Part shown: positions 24,477 to 32,636 of the stretch, in pieces
How the letters are laid out: each line of letters opens with the position of its first letter
How positions within the stretch are numbered: the stretch's first letter is position 1
IMG/VR virus record: IMGVR_UViG_3300020044_000781
Coordinates: 1-32,636 of that record
Length of the DNA stretch: 32,636 bases
Reading direction: 5' to 3' (one strand)
Source of the DNA: a virus
Taxonomy: Duplodnaviria > Caudoviricetes
Position numbers and translations under genes: made by a program
Notes under the pieces: model-generated
What the model was told of the DNA's origin: nothing
The model's input: the letters and a program-made list of their open reading frames with translations, nothing else
The model's database searches: none

Positions 24477-25139
24477 ATGGCTTTACCGACTTACCTATCA
24501 ATTGTCAACGACGTCATGGTTCGACTCAGAGAACCTACTGTTTCGTCTGTCTCTGAAAATACCTTATCGGCATTGGTGGGTAAATTTGTCAATGACACCA
24601 AGCGCCAAGTCGCAGATTCTTATGACTGGGATGCTTTCAATACGTCCATCACAGTGTCAACCACTGCTGGACAATATTCAGGGTATCAAATGGTTGGTTC
24701 TGGCGTCCGTTTTAAGACAATGGACGTCATCAATATATCGCGCCAATATCCTCTAGAACCGATCACGCATCAGCAATTGGATTTGTACTATTACTCTACA
24801 ACAAATCCACAGCAATCTAGTCCATTCAATTACACCTATGGCCCAATTGATAACAATGGCGACATGAAGGTCAACTTTTGGCCAGTCCCAGATGCTGTCT
24901 ATAACATCAGATTTAGTTTAGTTATTCCAGAGATTGATTTTAGCGCTGACACTGACACAACGACTTTGGCCAAAGAACCTATCATTCTTGGCGCTTACGC
25001 CAGAGCATTGATCGAGCGTGGCGAAGATGGAGGCATGAACAGTTCAGAGGCTTATGCTTTCTACAAGTCGTCATTGGCTGACTTGATCTCTTTAGAGTTG
25101 GCTAGATCACCAGAATCTGACGCATTTGAGGCTGTCTAA
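24477..25139 (+). CDS. Head-tail adaptor / tail tubular protein A
   Basis: 220 aa, TYLSIVNDV..RLRE start, WD and FWPVPD motifs; precedes the nozzle-sized gene. Confidence 0.75.
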   Translation: MALPTYLSIVNDVMVRLREPTVSSVSENTLSALVGKFVNDTKRQVADSYDWDAFNTSITVSTTAGQYSGYQMVGSGVRFKTMDVINISRQYPLEPITHQQLDLYYYSTTNPQQSSPFNYTYGPIDNNGDMKVNFWPVPDAVYNIRFSLVIPEIDFSADTDTTTLAKEPIILGAYARALIERGEDGGMNSSEAYAFYKSSLADLISLELARSPESDAFEAV

Positions 25140-26686
25140 TGGCTCAACAGATACAGACTTACTCAATCAGCGCACCAGGATTCTTTGGGTTAAACACTCA
25201 GGATTCTTCATTGGATTTGGCGTCTGGTTTTGCGCGAGTCGCTAACAATGTTGTCATTGACCAGTACGGTCGCATTGGCGCGAGAAAGGGTTGGACTAAG
25301 ATCAATTCAAGCTCGATCACCAATGACATCAAGTCCATTGGTGAGTTAATCAATGACGCGGGTACTGTATACACTATTTGCGCAGCGGGTAATAAACTGT
25401 ATTCTTTGAGTGGATCAACTTTGACAGAATTGACCTATGGTGGTGGAGGATCGGCGCCAACAATCAGTGATGACAACTGGCAAATGGCCATGCTTGGTGG
25501 AATATTGAGCTTGTACCAGACTGGCCATGACCCATTGGCGTTTGCACCAGCTGTATCAGCATCAACGTATAGGCGCGTTAGCGAACTTACTGGATACGCT
25601 GGTACAGTACAGCAATCAGATTGCGTTATAAGCGCCTATGGACGTATTTGGAACGCCAATACTGCAAGCGATAAGGTGACCGTTCAATGGTCAAATGTCA
25701 GCACGTCAGCGAACTTTAGTACGGGAACTGCTGGAACGCTAAACACGACAACAGTTTGGCCACGTGGAGCAGATACGATTGTTGCTCTTGGCGCACATAA
25801 TGGATTTTTATTCATATTTGGCAAAGAGAATATTCTTATCTACTCAGGCGCCACAACGCCATCAACAATGACTTTGTATGATGTTGTTACTGGTATTGGA
25901 TGTATTGCAAGAGATTCAGTCGCTTACACGGGTACAGACATTATTTTCTTGTCTCAGACTGGTGTTAGATCAGTATTGAGAACAATTCAAGAGAAGTCAT
26001 CGCCTTTGCGCGAGTTGTCTAAGAATGTGAGGAATGACTTACTTAGTGCGGTGAACAGTGAAACCCTATCAGGCATTAAAAGCGTTTATTCGCCACTTGA
26101 GGCGTTTTATTTGTTGACCTTACCATTGCTGAAGAAAGTCTATTGTTTCGACACCAAGGCTCAATTGCAAGATGGATCGGCTAGAGTGACCACTTGGACT
26201 TATATCCAGTCTGGCGACAAAGCGCCAACGGCATTGCTCAGTAAGCGCGATGGGACACTCCTGATGGGTAAGACTGGATACATTGCCACATACTCAAATT
26301 ACACAGACAATACTCAAAAGTACACGTTTTCGTACTACACAAACCATACTGATTTGGGAGTGCCTGGCGCAATATCAATTCTAAAAAAACTGTCAGTCGT
26401 CTTGATCGGTGGAAGTGATCAGTATGTCACAATGAAATGGGGTTATGACTTTGCTGAAAGTTATTACTCTCAGGCCGTCAAGATTCCAACGCAAGGCGTC
26501 TCCTACTATGGCATTGGTGAATATGGGATTGCCAAATATTCTGGCGGTATTGCTTTGCAAACGCTAAAGACTTATCCAACAGGATCAGGAAAAGTAGTTC
26601 AGACTGGTTATGAGTCAGATATTAACGGCTACTCTTTGAGTATCCAAAAGATTGAGATACAAGCTAAACAAGGAAAGATCGTATGA
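25139..26686 (+). CDS. Tail nozzle / tail tubular protein B (P22 gp10-like position)
   Basis: 515-aa beta-rich protein with GLNT, GCIA.DSV and IIFLS..GVRS; podovirus synteny. Confidence 0.75.
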   Translation: MAQQIQTYSISAPGFFGLNTQDSSLDLASGFARVANNVVIDQYGRIGARKGWTKINSSSITNDIKSIGELINDAGTVYTICAAGNKLYSLSGSTLTELTYGGGGSAPTISDDNWQMAMLGGILSLYQTGHDPLAFAPAVSASTYRRVSELTGYAGTVQQSDCVISAYGRIWNANTASDKVTVQWSNVSTSANFSTGTAGTLNTTTVWPRGADTIVALGAHNGFLFIFGKENILIYSGATTPSTMTLYDVVTGIGCIARDSVAYTGTDIIFLSQTGVRSVLRTIQEKSSPLRELSKNVRNDLLSAVNSETLSGIKSVYSPLEAFYLLTLPLLKKVYCFDTKAQLQDGSARVTTWTYIQSGDKAPTALLSKRDGTLLMGKTGYIATYSNYTDNTQKYTFSYYTNHTDLGVPGAISILKKLSVVLIGGSDQYVTMKWGYDFAESYYSQAVKIPTQGVSYYGIGEYGIAKYSGGIALQTLKTYPTGSGKVVQTGYESDINGYSLSIQKIEIQAKQGKIV

Positions 26687-27843
26687 GTAATTACACCAAA
26701 ACCACAAACTTTGCAGCCAAAGACGCTTTGTCGTCTGGCGACTCCGCAAAGATCGTCAAGGGTACTGAGATCGATACAGAGTTCACGGCGATTGCGACAG
26801 CGATTGCGACCAAGCAAGACACTGGTGGATCGGTCAGTCTGACGTCTGGCGTCACGGGTACTTTGCCCATTGCCAATGGAGGAACTGGCGCCACAACATT
26901 TACCACTGGATCGGTCTTGGTGGGTAATGGAACTGCGATTTATCAACAGATCGCGCCAAGCACATCAGGCAATGTATTGACATCAAATGGCACGACTTGG
27001 TACTCAGCTGCGCCAAGTGGAGGCAGTGGATCATCTGGCGTTTCTAGTTTTACAGTATCCAATTCAGTATCTGGTATGACGGTCAGCGCCAGTGCATCGA
27101 CTGGTGCAGTTACATTGACCACTGCAATATCTAGCGGATCAACATTCAGATCAGGCATTGGAGCTGCTGCATCTGGCGCCAATACAGACATTACATCAAT
27201 CACTGGATTGACCACTCAATTAGCCGTGGCTTATGGCGGTACGGGTTCAAGTTCATTGTCTGGTGCTGGTATTGTGACCACGACTGGAACGCAAACGATC
27301 AGCGGAGACAAGACATTCACTGGAACAAATGTTTATGGTTCACTTACCTCTACATCTGGTTTGGCGGGTGACACTTATGGATTTTATCTAGGCTCATCAT
27401 CTGGCGGTTTGAACACAAATGCTGGAAATATTGCAGTCGGATTTAGAAGTGGAACGGGTTGGTTGATCACGTCTACATACATTGAGTCGTCGGTCGCCGA
27501 CGTTAGAAAGCCAAGCGGTGGATCGTTCAATACGACATCAGACGAAAGACTCAAGACAATCCAAGGTACTTATACATTGGGACTCGATGCAATCAAGCAA
27601 TTGAACCCTATTAAGTTCAAGTACAACGATCACGAAAGAAACGCCAAAATACCGGCAGCAATCAAAGACAACACTTACATTGGACTGATTGCGCAAGCAG
27701 TTGAGCAAACATCTTTGTCTGGCATGGTGTCAACTGATCCAGACGGATATAAAAGCATCAACAATTCAGAATTGGTTTATGCTCTGGTCAACGCAGTGAA
27801 AGAGCTTACAGCAAGAATTGAAACACTCGAAGGGAGAGCATAA
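26683..27843 (+). CDS. Tail fibre with C-terminal intramolecular chaperone (peptidase S74)
   Basis: N-terminal IDTEFTAI..AI anchor, GTLPIANGGTG, cleavage motif SDERLK, then GLIAQ and a terminal coiled coil. Confidence 0.88.
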   Translation: MSNYTKTTNFAAKDALSSGDSAKIVKGTEIDTEFTAIATAIATKQDTGGSVSLTSGVTGTLPIANGGTGATTFTTGSVLVGNGTAIYQQIAPSTSGNVLTSNGTTWYSAAPSGGSGSSGVSSFTVSNSVSGMTVSASASTGAVTLTTAISSGSTFRSGIGAAASGANTDITSITGLTTQLAVAYGGTGSSSLSGAGIVTTTGTQTISGDKTFTGTNVYGSLTSTSGLAGDTYGFYLGSSSGGLNTNAGNIAVGFRSGTGWLITSTYIESSVADVRKPSGGSFNTTSDERLKTIQGTYTLGLDAIKQLNPIKFKYNDHERNAKIPAAIKDNTYIGLIAQAVEQTSLSGMVSTDPDGYKSINNSELVYALVNAVKELTARIETLEGRA

Positions 27844-28976
27844 TGGGCTTACTTAGCACAATAGGCACAATTGGCGGTAATTTATTTGGTGGCCCAATTG
27901 GAGGCGCTATAGGCGGTTCTATAGGTGGTGCGCTAGAGGGCGGCTCATCACAGCAACAAGGCTCTGGAATTGGCTCTGCAATTCAAACCGCTGGTGGCTT
28001 GATGTCGGCCGAGCAAGCTAGAGCAGCCAATCAGAACTACGCGAATCAATTTGGACAGGCAGCCAATGTTGCTGGTTTAGCAGGTTCATTCAGACCCGTT
28101 GGAGTCACGACAAGGTTTGGAAGTTCAAACTTTACGTTCAATCCGCAAACAGGTCAGATGGAAAGCGCTGGATATACTCCGACTGGTGACATCACGTCTG
28201 CGCAAGATAGATTCACACAATTGGCGGGTCAAGGTATTGGCCAAGCTCAACAAGCTCAAGCACAATATCAACCATTGATCGGTGGTGCTCAAGGCTTGAT
28301 GAATTTGGGAAATCAATACATTGCGCAAAACCCGAATGATGTTGCAGCCAGATATATCCAAAACCAACAGAATCTATTGCAACCATCAAGAGACGTGGCC
28401 AACGCAAACCTACAGAACCAGTTGCAAAACACGGGTCGGACTGGTTTAGCAGTAGCGCAAGGCGGTAATCTTGGACAAGCCAATCCAGAAGCGCAAGCAC
28501 TGGCAAATGCGCAAGCAATGCAAGACTTGCAGTTGGCTGCGCAAGGTCAACAGATGGGTCAACAAAACACTCTCTTTGGCGCCAATTTATTGGGTCAAGG
28601 CGCTGGTGCTTTGGGCAATTACTATGCGGGTCAATCGGCTGCATATCAACCTTACCAGTCAGCATTTGGCGCAATCACAGGATTAGAGAACTTGGCGCAA
28701 CAACCATTGTCTTTAAGTTCTAGTTTAGGACAACAAGCTGCAACAGCTGGTGCAAATGCTGGACGCAATTACTTAACTGGTTTGGGTCTTGGCGCTGGAT
28801 ATGGAACTTCTAACGCTGCAACTGTAAGCCCAGGCGGGACATTCTTGAGTGGACTTGGCCCATCAATTGGACAAGGTCTTGGTAATTGGTTGGGTAGTGG
28901 AGTAAATAGCGGTGTACAAGGATTTGGTCAAACAAATCCTATATCTGGCGAATTTATGGGTTCACTTGAATTTTAA
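27843..28976 (+). CDS. Putative internal virion / DNA-ejection protein 1
   Basis: Gly/Gln/Ala-rich with amphipathic Gly-rich ends; first of three large genes after the tail fibre. Confidence 0.65.
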   Translation: MGLLSTIGTIGGNLFGGPIGGAIGGSIGGALEGGSSQQQGSGIGSAIQTAGGLMSAEQARAANQNYANQFGQAANVAGLAGSFRPVGVTTRFGSSNFTFNPQTGQMESAGYTPTGDITSAQDRFTQLAGQGIGQAQQAQAQYQPLIGGAQGLMNLGNQYIAQNPNDVAARYIQNQQNLLQPSRDVANANLQNQLQNTGRTGLAVAQGGNLGQANPEAQALANAQAMQDLQLAAQGQQMGQQNTLFGANLLGQGAGALGNYYAGQSAAYQPYQSAFGAITGLENLAQQPLSLSSSLGQQAATAGANAGRNYLTGLGLGAGYGTSNAATVSPGGTFLSGLGPSIGQGLGNWLGSGVNSGVQGFGQTNPISGEFMGSLEF

Positions 28977-28986
28977 GGATTAAATC

Positions 28987-30546
28987 ATGGCAGCACCAGA
29001 CAATCAATCAATGATCGCGGGTTTATTCACAACTCCGCAAGAGTATCAGCAACAACAACAAGCTCAGAACTTGGCGCTTGGCGCTCAAATGGCTCAGTTG
29101 TCGCCATCACAGCAAGGCATTGCAAACATCTACGCTGGAGGCCGAGGCTTGGGACAAGCAGTTGGCGGTGCTTTAGGTGCGCCAGATGAGCAGTTGCAGA
29201 TGATTACTCAGCAACAACAATTGCTTAAAGGACTTGATCTAAATGATCCACAATCTTTAGTCAATGGAGCTAGACAAGCCACTCAGATGGGCAACATCAA
29301 CTTGGCGAATTCTTTACTGCAAAGAGCAGATCAGGCTCAACAAAGATTGGTTACTCAACAAAGCGCTTTGAGGCAACAGCAAGCCAGAGAATTAACTGGT
29401 AAAGCGTTGCAATATCAACCAGCAACAATCAATGGCGTATCTGCCGAGACAGTCCCTCAAGTTGATGAAAATAATCAACCATTGCGCGAAGCATTGCCAG
29501 GCTATCAACCAGCAAAAGCAACATTTAATTATGAGCAATACAAGCCGTTTTATATGTCTACACCAGAAGGTCGTACAGAATACGGCGCATTGGTGGCTCA
29601 AGATGAGGCAAAAGCCAAACTGGATGAGGCAACTGCAAAAGCAATCAAAACTCAACAAGAAGCTAAATTTGCACCATTGGCGCAAGAAGCCGAGACTCGC
29701 AAAAAGATTGCTGATGCAAGTAAAGCAGTTACTGAGGCTGAATTTGCGCCATCAATTGCAAAGATTGGCTTAGATAAATCAAACTGGGATATTAAGAATC
29801 TTCAAAGTCAGATCGGTGAGCGTGGCGCTAAATTGGGTCTAGATACTCAATTGACTCAAGCAAGGGTCATGGAAATTATGTCTACGATACAAAAGAATAT
29901 CAATGACATACCAGCGGAGACTAGAAAAGAAATCAATACCAGTGCGGTAACGGCAGCAACAGCAAAGCAAACGGCAGATCAATTTAATGCTTTGGCAAAT
30001 AGAATTGAATCGTCTGGAATGGGATATGGAGCGTTTGCCGATTTATCTGAATTCTTGAAAAAAGGCGCTGGAATACAAGGCGGTGTCACAGAATTGCGTA
30101 CAGAGTATGTAAGACTAAGAAATCAGTCGGTCATTAAATCATTGCCTCCAGGCGCAGCGTCCGACAAAGATATTCAAATTGCATTGTCTGGATTTCCTCC
30201 AGATAGCGCAGATGCTGCATATATTTCTAAGTTCTTGCGTGGATTTGCTAAATTGCAAGACATTGAATCGGCAGTTGCTGGTGCAAAAACTGATTGGTTG
30301 GCGCAAAACAATGGTGTTTTGACTAGAGCAAAAAGAGGTTTTATTGCGGGAGATTTCACAAGCAAGCCAGGTGAATCATTTAATGATTTGGCGTCTAGGA
30401 TTGCTCAGGAAGTTAGTTCTAGATATACCAATAAACCAAGTAGTGCAGCCGATCTAATACCAACTCCAATGAATCCAAACCCACAGGCAACAAGTGGGAT
30501 GGATATAAGAGCGCAAGCAGATGCTATTCTTAGTGGGAGAAGATAA
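28987..30546 (+). CDS. Putative internal virion / DNA-ejection protein 2
   Basis: 519-aa Gln/Ala-rich helical protein containing PGAASDKD; synteny with podovirus ejectosome genes. Confidence 0.65.
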   Translation: MAAPDNQSMIAGLFTTPQEYQQQQQAQNLALGAQMAQLSPSQQGIANIYAGGRGLGQAVGGALGAPDEQLQMITQQQQLLKGLDLNDPQSLVNGARQATQMGNINLANSLLQRADQAQQRLVTQQSALRQQQARELTGKALQYQPATINGVSAETVPQVDENNQPLREALPGYQPAKATFNYEQYKPFYMSTPEGRTEYGALVAQDEAKAKLDEATAKAIKTQQEAKFAPLAQEAETRKKIADASKAVTEAEFAPSIAKIGLDKSNWDIKNLQSQIGERGAKLGLDTQLTQARVMEIMSTIQKNINDIPAETRKEINTSAVTAATAKQTADQFNALANRIESSGMGYGAFADLSEFLKKGAGIQGGVTELRTEYVRLRNQSVIKSLPPGAASDKDIQIALSGFPPDSADAAYISKFLRGFAKLQDIESAVAGAKTDWLAQNNGVLTRAKRGFIAGDFTSKPGESFNDLASRIAQEVSSRYTNKPSSAADLIPTPMNPNPQATSGMDIRAQADAILSGRR

Positions 30547-32520
30547 ATGGCAACCTCAGAAGAATACGCAAAATGGATCGTTCAGAACCAAGATAAAAGC
30601 GGTACTCCAGAATTTGAGACAGTTGCTCAAGCATATCAAGTATCCAAAAGAGAAGAAAATGCTATAAAGACAACTGAAAAGATTACGCCAAAACAAGCAA
30701 CTCCAAGCGCATTGGAGCAATTGGTTGGTGCTGGAGAGACTGGTTTGGCGCTTGGTACTGGTGCTATTACTGGTGGAGTTGGTATGCTTGGAGGCGGTAT
30801 AGAAGGCTTAATGAAAGCAATTTCATCTGGTCAATACGGAACTCAAGAAGGCGTCAATACAGTTCAACAGCAAGCATTAAAACGTGCACAACAAATGACT
30901 TATGCGCCAAGGACTCAAGCGTCCCAAGAGCAATTACAAGCCATTGCGCCATTGCTTGAAGCTATCCCTCCAATATTGCCAGTGATCGGTGAGCCTGGTA
31001 TGTTGTCTCAAGGAATTAGACAAAATATGCCATTGGCGCAAGCAACATTGCAACGTGGTGGCATTGCTGCGCAAGAGGCTTTGAGTCAAATGGCCAAGCC
31101 ATTGCAAAGAGGATCAACCATTGTCAAAGAGGCTTTGGGCTTTGAAACTCAACCAAGTCAAGGTTTGTTTGGCGGTAGGGCTAGTGGTGGAGCAGCTGCG
31201 ACTCCAATGGATTTACAAAGAAGAACAACGGCTGAAGGTTTGCCAGTAAAAATGGACTTAACTCTTGGCGCTGAAACTAGAAATCCAGAACAATTAGCAT
31301 TTGAAAAAGAACAAATGAAAGGTCAATTTGGCGAACCATTGCGCCAAAGGACTGAACAAAATAACTTGCAAGCATTGCAGAATTTTGATGCCGTCATTGA
31401 TATGACTGGCGCACAACAAAATCAATTGACTCCAATTGCAACAGGCAATAAATTGATTGATGCGTTGACTAAAGGATGGCAAGGCGCAAAACAAAGAACG
31501 TCTGAGGCTTACAAACTGGCAGATTCATCGCCAGAGGCATTGGCGCCAGTTGATTTAACAAAACCAGTATCCATTGGCGTTGACAATAATCAAATGACCA
31601 CAAATTTGATTGATTATTTAAACAGTAGACCAAATGGTTTGGCGTCAACAAGTATTCCAGATATTGCTAAAAAATACGCGGTAAATCTTGGAATTGCTAA
31701 ATTAGATCAAAATGGTAATTTGGTGGCCAATCCTACCAATGTAAAAAACGTAGAGATTTTGCGCAAAGAGATCAACATGGCGACTGGATTTGAACCAGTT
31801 GACATTAGAGAATCCACAATTTTAAAGAAAATTATTGACGAGTCTGCAAAAGACGCTGGTGGTGAACTGTATGCGCAAGCCAGAACATTGAGAGAACAAC
31901 AGGCTCGAAAGTACGAGAATAGAGCAATTGTGGCTCGATTGATTACCGATAAAAAGGGTACAGAAGACCCTAAAGTTGTCGCTGAAAAAGTATTTAATAC
32001 AACGGTTATCAATGGTTCAGCTGAAGAATTGCAGTTCTTAAAACGTGTTTTATTAACTAGCGGTAAAGACACTGGAGAAAGACGCAATGGAGTTGAGGCA
32101 TGGAAGCAAGTTCAGGGAGCAACAGTCAAATATCTTCAAAATGAATCAACCAAAGGAGTTGGCACTGATTCCGTTGGAAGACCGTTGATTTCTCCATCAA
32201 AATTGCATGATGCAGTTACAAATTTAGATGCTAATGACAGACTTGATATTATTTTGGGTAAAAAGAATGCTCAGATAGTACGCGATTTGAATGAAGTCGT
32301 TAAGTATGTGCAGACGGTTCCTCCAGGTACTTTGATCAACTCTAGCGGAACCGCTGGTATGTTGTTGGGCGCAATGGGAGAGGCTGCAATGGCGGGTACT
32401 TTGACTGGATTGCCATTACCAGCAATATCTTTGATACGTGGTATAAATCAGCATATTAAAAACACCAAGGTAAAAATGAGAATCAAAGAGGCTTTGAATA
32501 AAGCCGAAGTTAGTAAATAA
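30547..32520 (+). CDS. Putative internal virion / DNA-ejection protein 3
   Basis: 657-aa helical protein with Gly-rich hydrophobic segments; last gene before the lysis block. Confidence 0.65.
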   Translation: MATSEEYAKWIVQNQDKSGTPEFETVAQAYQVSKREENAIKTTEKITPKQATPSALEQLVGAGETGLALGTGAITGGVGMLGGGIEGLMKAISSGQYGTQEGVNTVQQQALKRAQQMTYAPRTQASQEQLQAIAPLLEAIPPILPVIGEPGMLSQGIRQNMPLAQATLQRGGIAAQEALSQMAKPLQRGSTIVKEALGFETQPSQGLFGGRASGGAAATPMDLQRRTTAEGLPVKMDLTLGAETRNPEQLAFEKEQMKGQFGEPLRQRTEQNNLQALQNFDAVIDMTGAQQNQLTPIATGNKLIDALTKGWQGAKQRTSEAYKLADSSPEALAPVDLTKPVSIGVDNNQMTTNLIDYLNSRPNGLASTSIPDIAKKYAVNLGIAKLDQNGNLVANPTNVKNVEILRKEINMATGFEPVDIRESTILKKIIDESAKDAGGELYAQARTLREQQARKYENRAIVARLITDKKGTEDPKVVAEKVFNTTVINGSAEELQFLKRVLLTSGKDTGERRNGVEAWKQVQGATVKYLQNESTKGVGTDSVGRPLISPSKLHDAVTNLDANDRLDIILGKKNAQIVRDLNEVVKYVQTVPPGTLINSSGTAGMLLGAMGEAAMAGTLTGLPLPAISLIRGINQHIKNTKVKMRIKEALNKAEVSK

Positions 32521-32636
32521 GGAGCATCTAGATTGACCCTTTCACTCTTGTTGCACTGGCGTCTGGCGCTTTCAAACTCATTAAGCAGTCTTGCGAGATG
32601 CTCAATGAGGGTAGGGCATTGGTCAAGGATGTTGTC
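32516..32636 (+). repeat. Terminal direct repeat, copy 2 (assembly circularisation overlap)
   Basis: Identical to bases 1-121. Confidence 0.95.

Larger units (their letters stand above)
1..32515. mobile_element. Complete tailed-phage genome (podovirus-like Caudoviricetes), circularly permuted assembly
   Basis: Full set of packaging, head, short-tail, ejection, lysis and replication genes; no tape measure or sheath gene; no host genes; the two ends overlap exactly. Confidence 0.95.

Noticed and set aside
28125-31651. Antisense and alternative-frame ORFs inside the ejection-protein genes (and similar ones elsewhere)
   Set aside because: They are fully overlapped by long coherent + strand genes, with no SD or motif support, unlike the embedded Rz1.
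32516-32636. 121-bp terminal repeat as a biological direct terminal repeat
   Set aside because: It is exact, k-mer-sized and cuts through coding sequence, as expected from assembler circularisation; physical ends are more plausibly near terS.

Overview
The window is a complete, circularly assembled genome (~32,515 bp; bases 32516-32636 repeat bases 1-121) of a short-tailed, podovirus-like dsDNA phage. Its host is Gram-negative, as shown by spanins and lipoproteins. Gene order: lysis module (GH19 endolysin, Rz with embedded Rz1, extra membrane proteins and a lipoprotein); a short leftward early operon; a divergent promoter/operator region with an HTH regulator; replication/recombination genes (RuvC-like resolvase, Cas4-like nuclease, SSB-like protein, Zn-finger/TOPRIM/AAA primase-helicase); TerS/TerL; portal; a fibre/glycine-rich block; scaffold; major capsid; small accessory genes; tail tubular proteins; tail fibre with S74 chaperone; and three ejection-type proteins. 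I see no integrase, DNA polymerase, ParA/B, tRNA or CRISPR. The most striking signal is a ~240 bp non-coding segment upstream of terS (10608-10848). It packs four consensus and several near-consensus DnaA boxes, a 28 bp dif-like XerC/D site, a perfect IHF consensus and a KOPS-matching G run. It is separate from an iteron/AT-palindrome origin candidate directly after the primase-helicase. Other notable points are strong enrichment of TTGGCG/CGCCAA, one in-frame TAA in the portal gene, a probable ATT start codon, an AT-rich swapped domain in the gene between terL and portal, and adjacent HiPIP-like and ferritin-like genes. All family calls come from motif recognition and synteny, not database searches.
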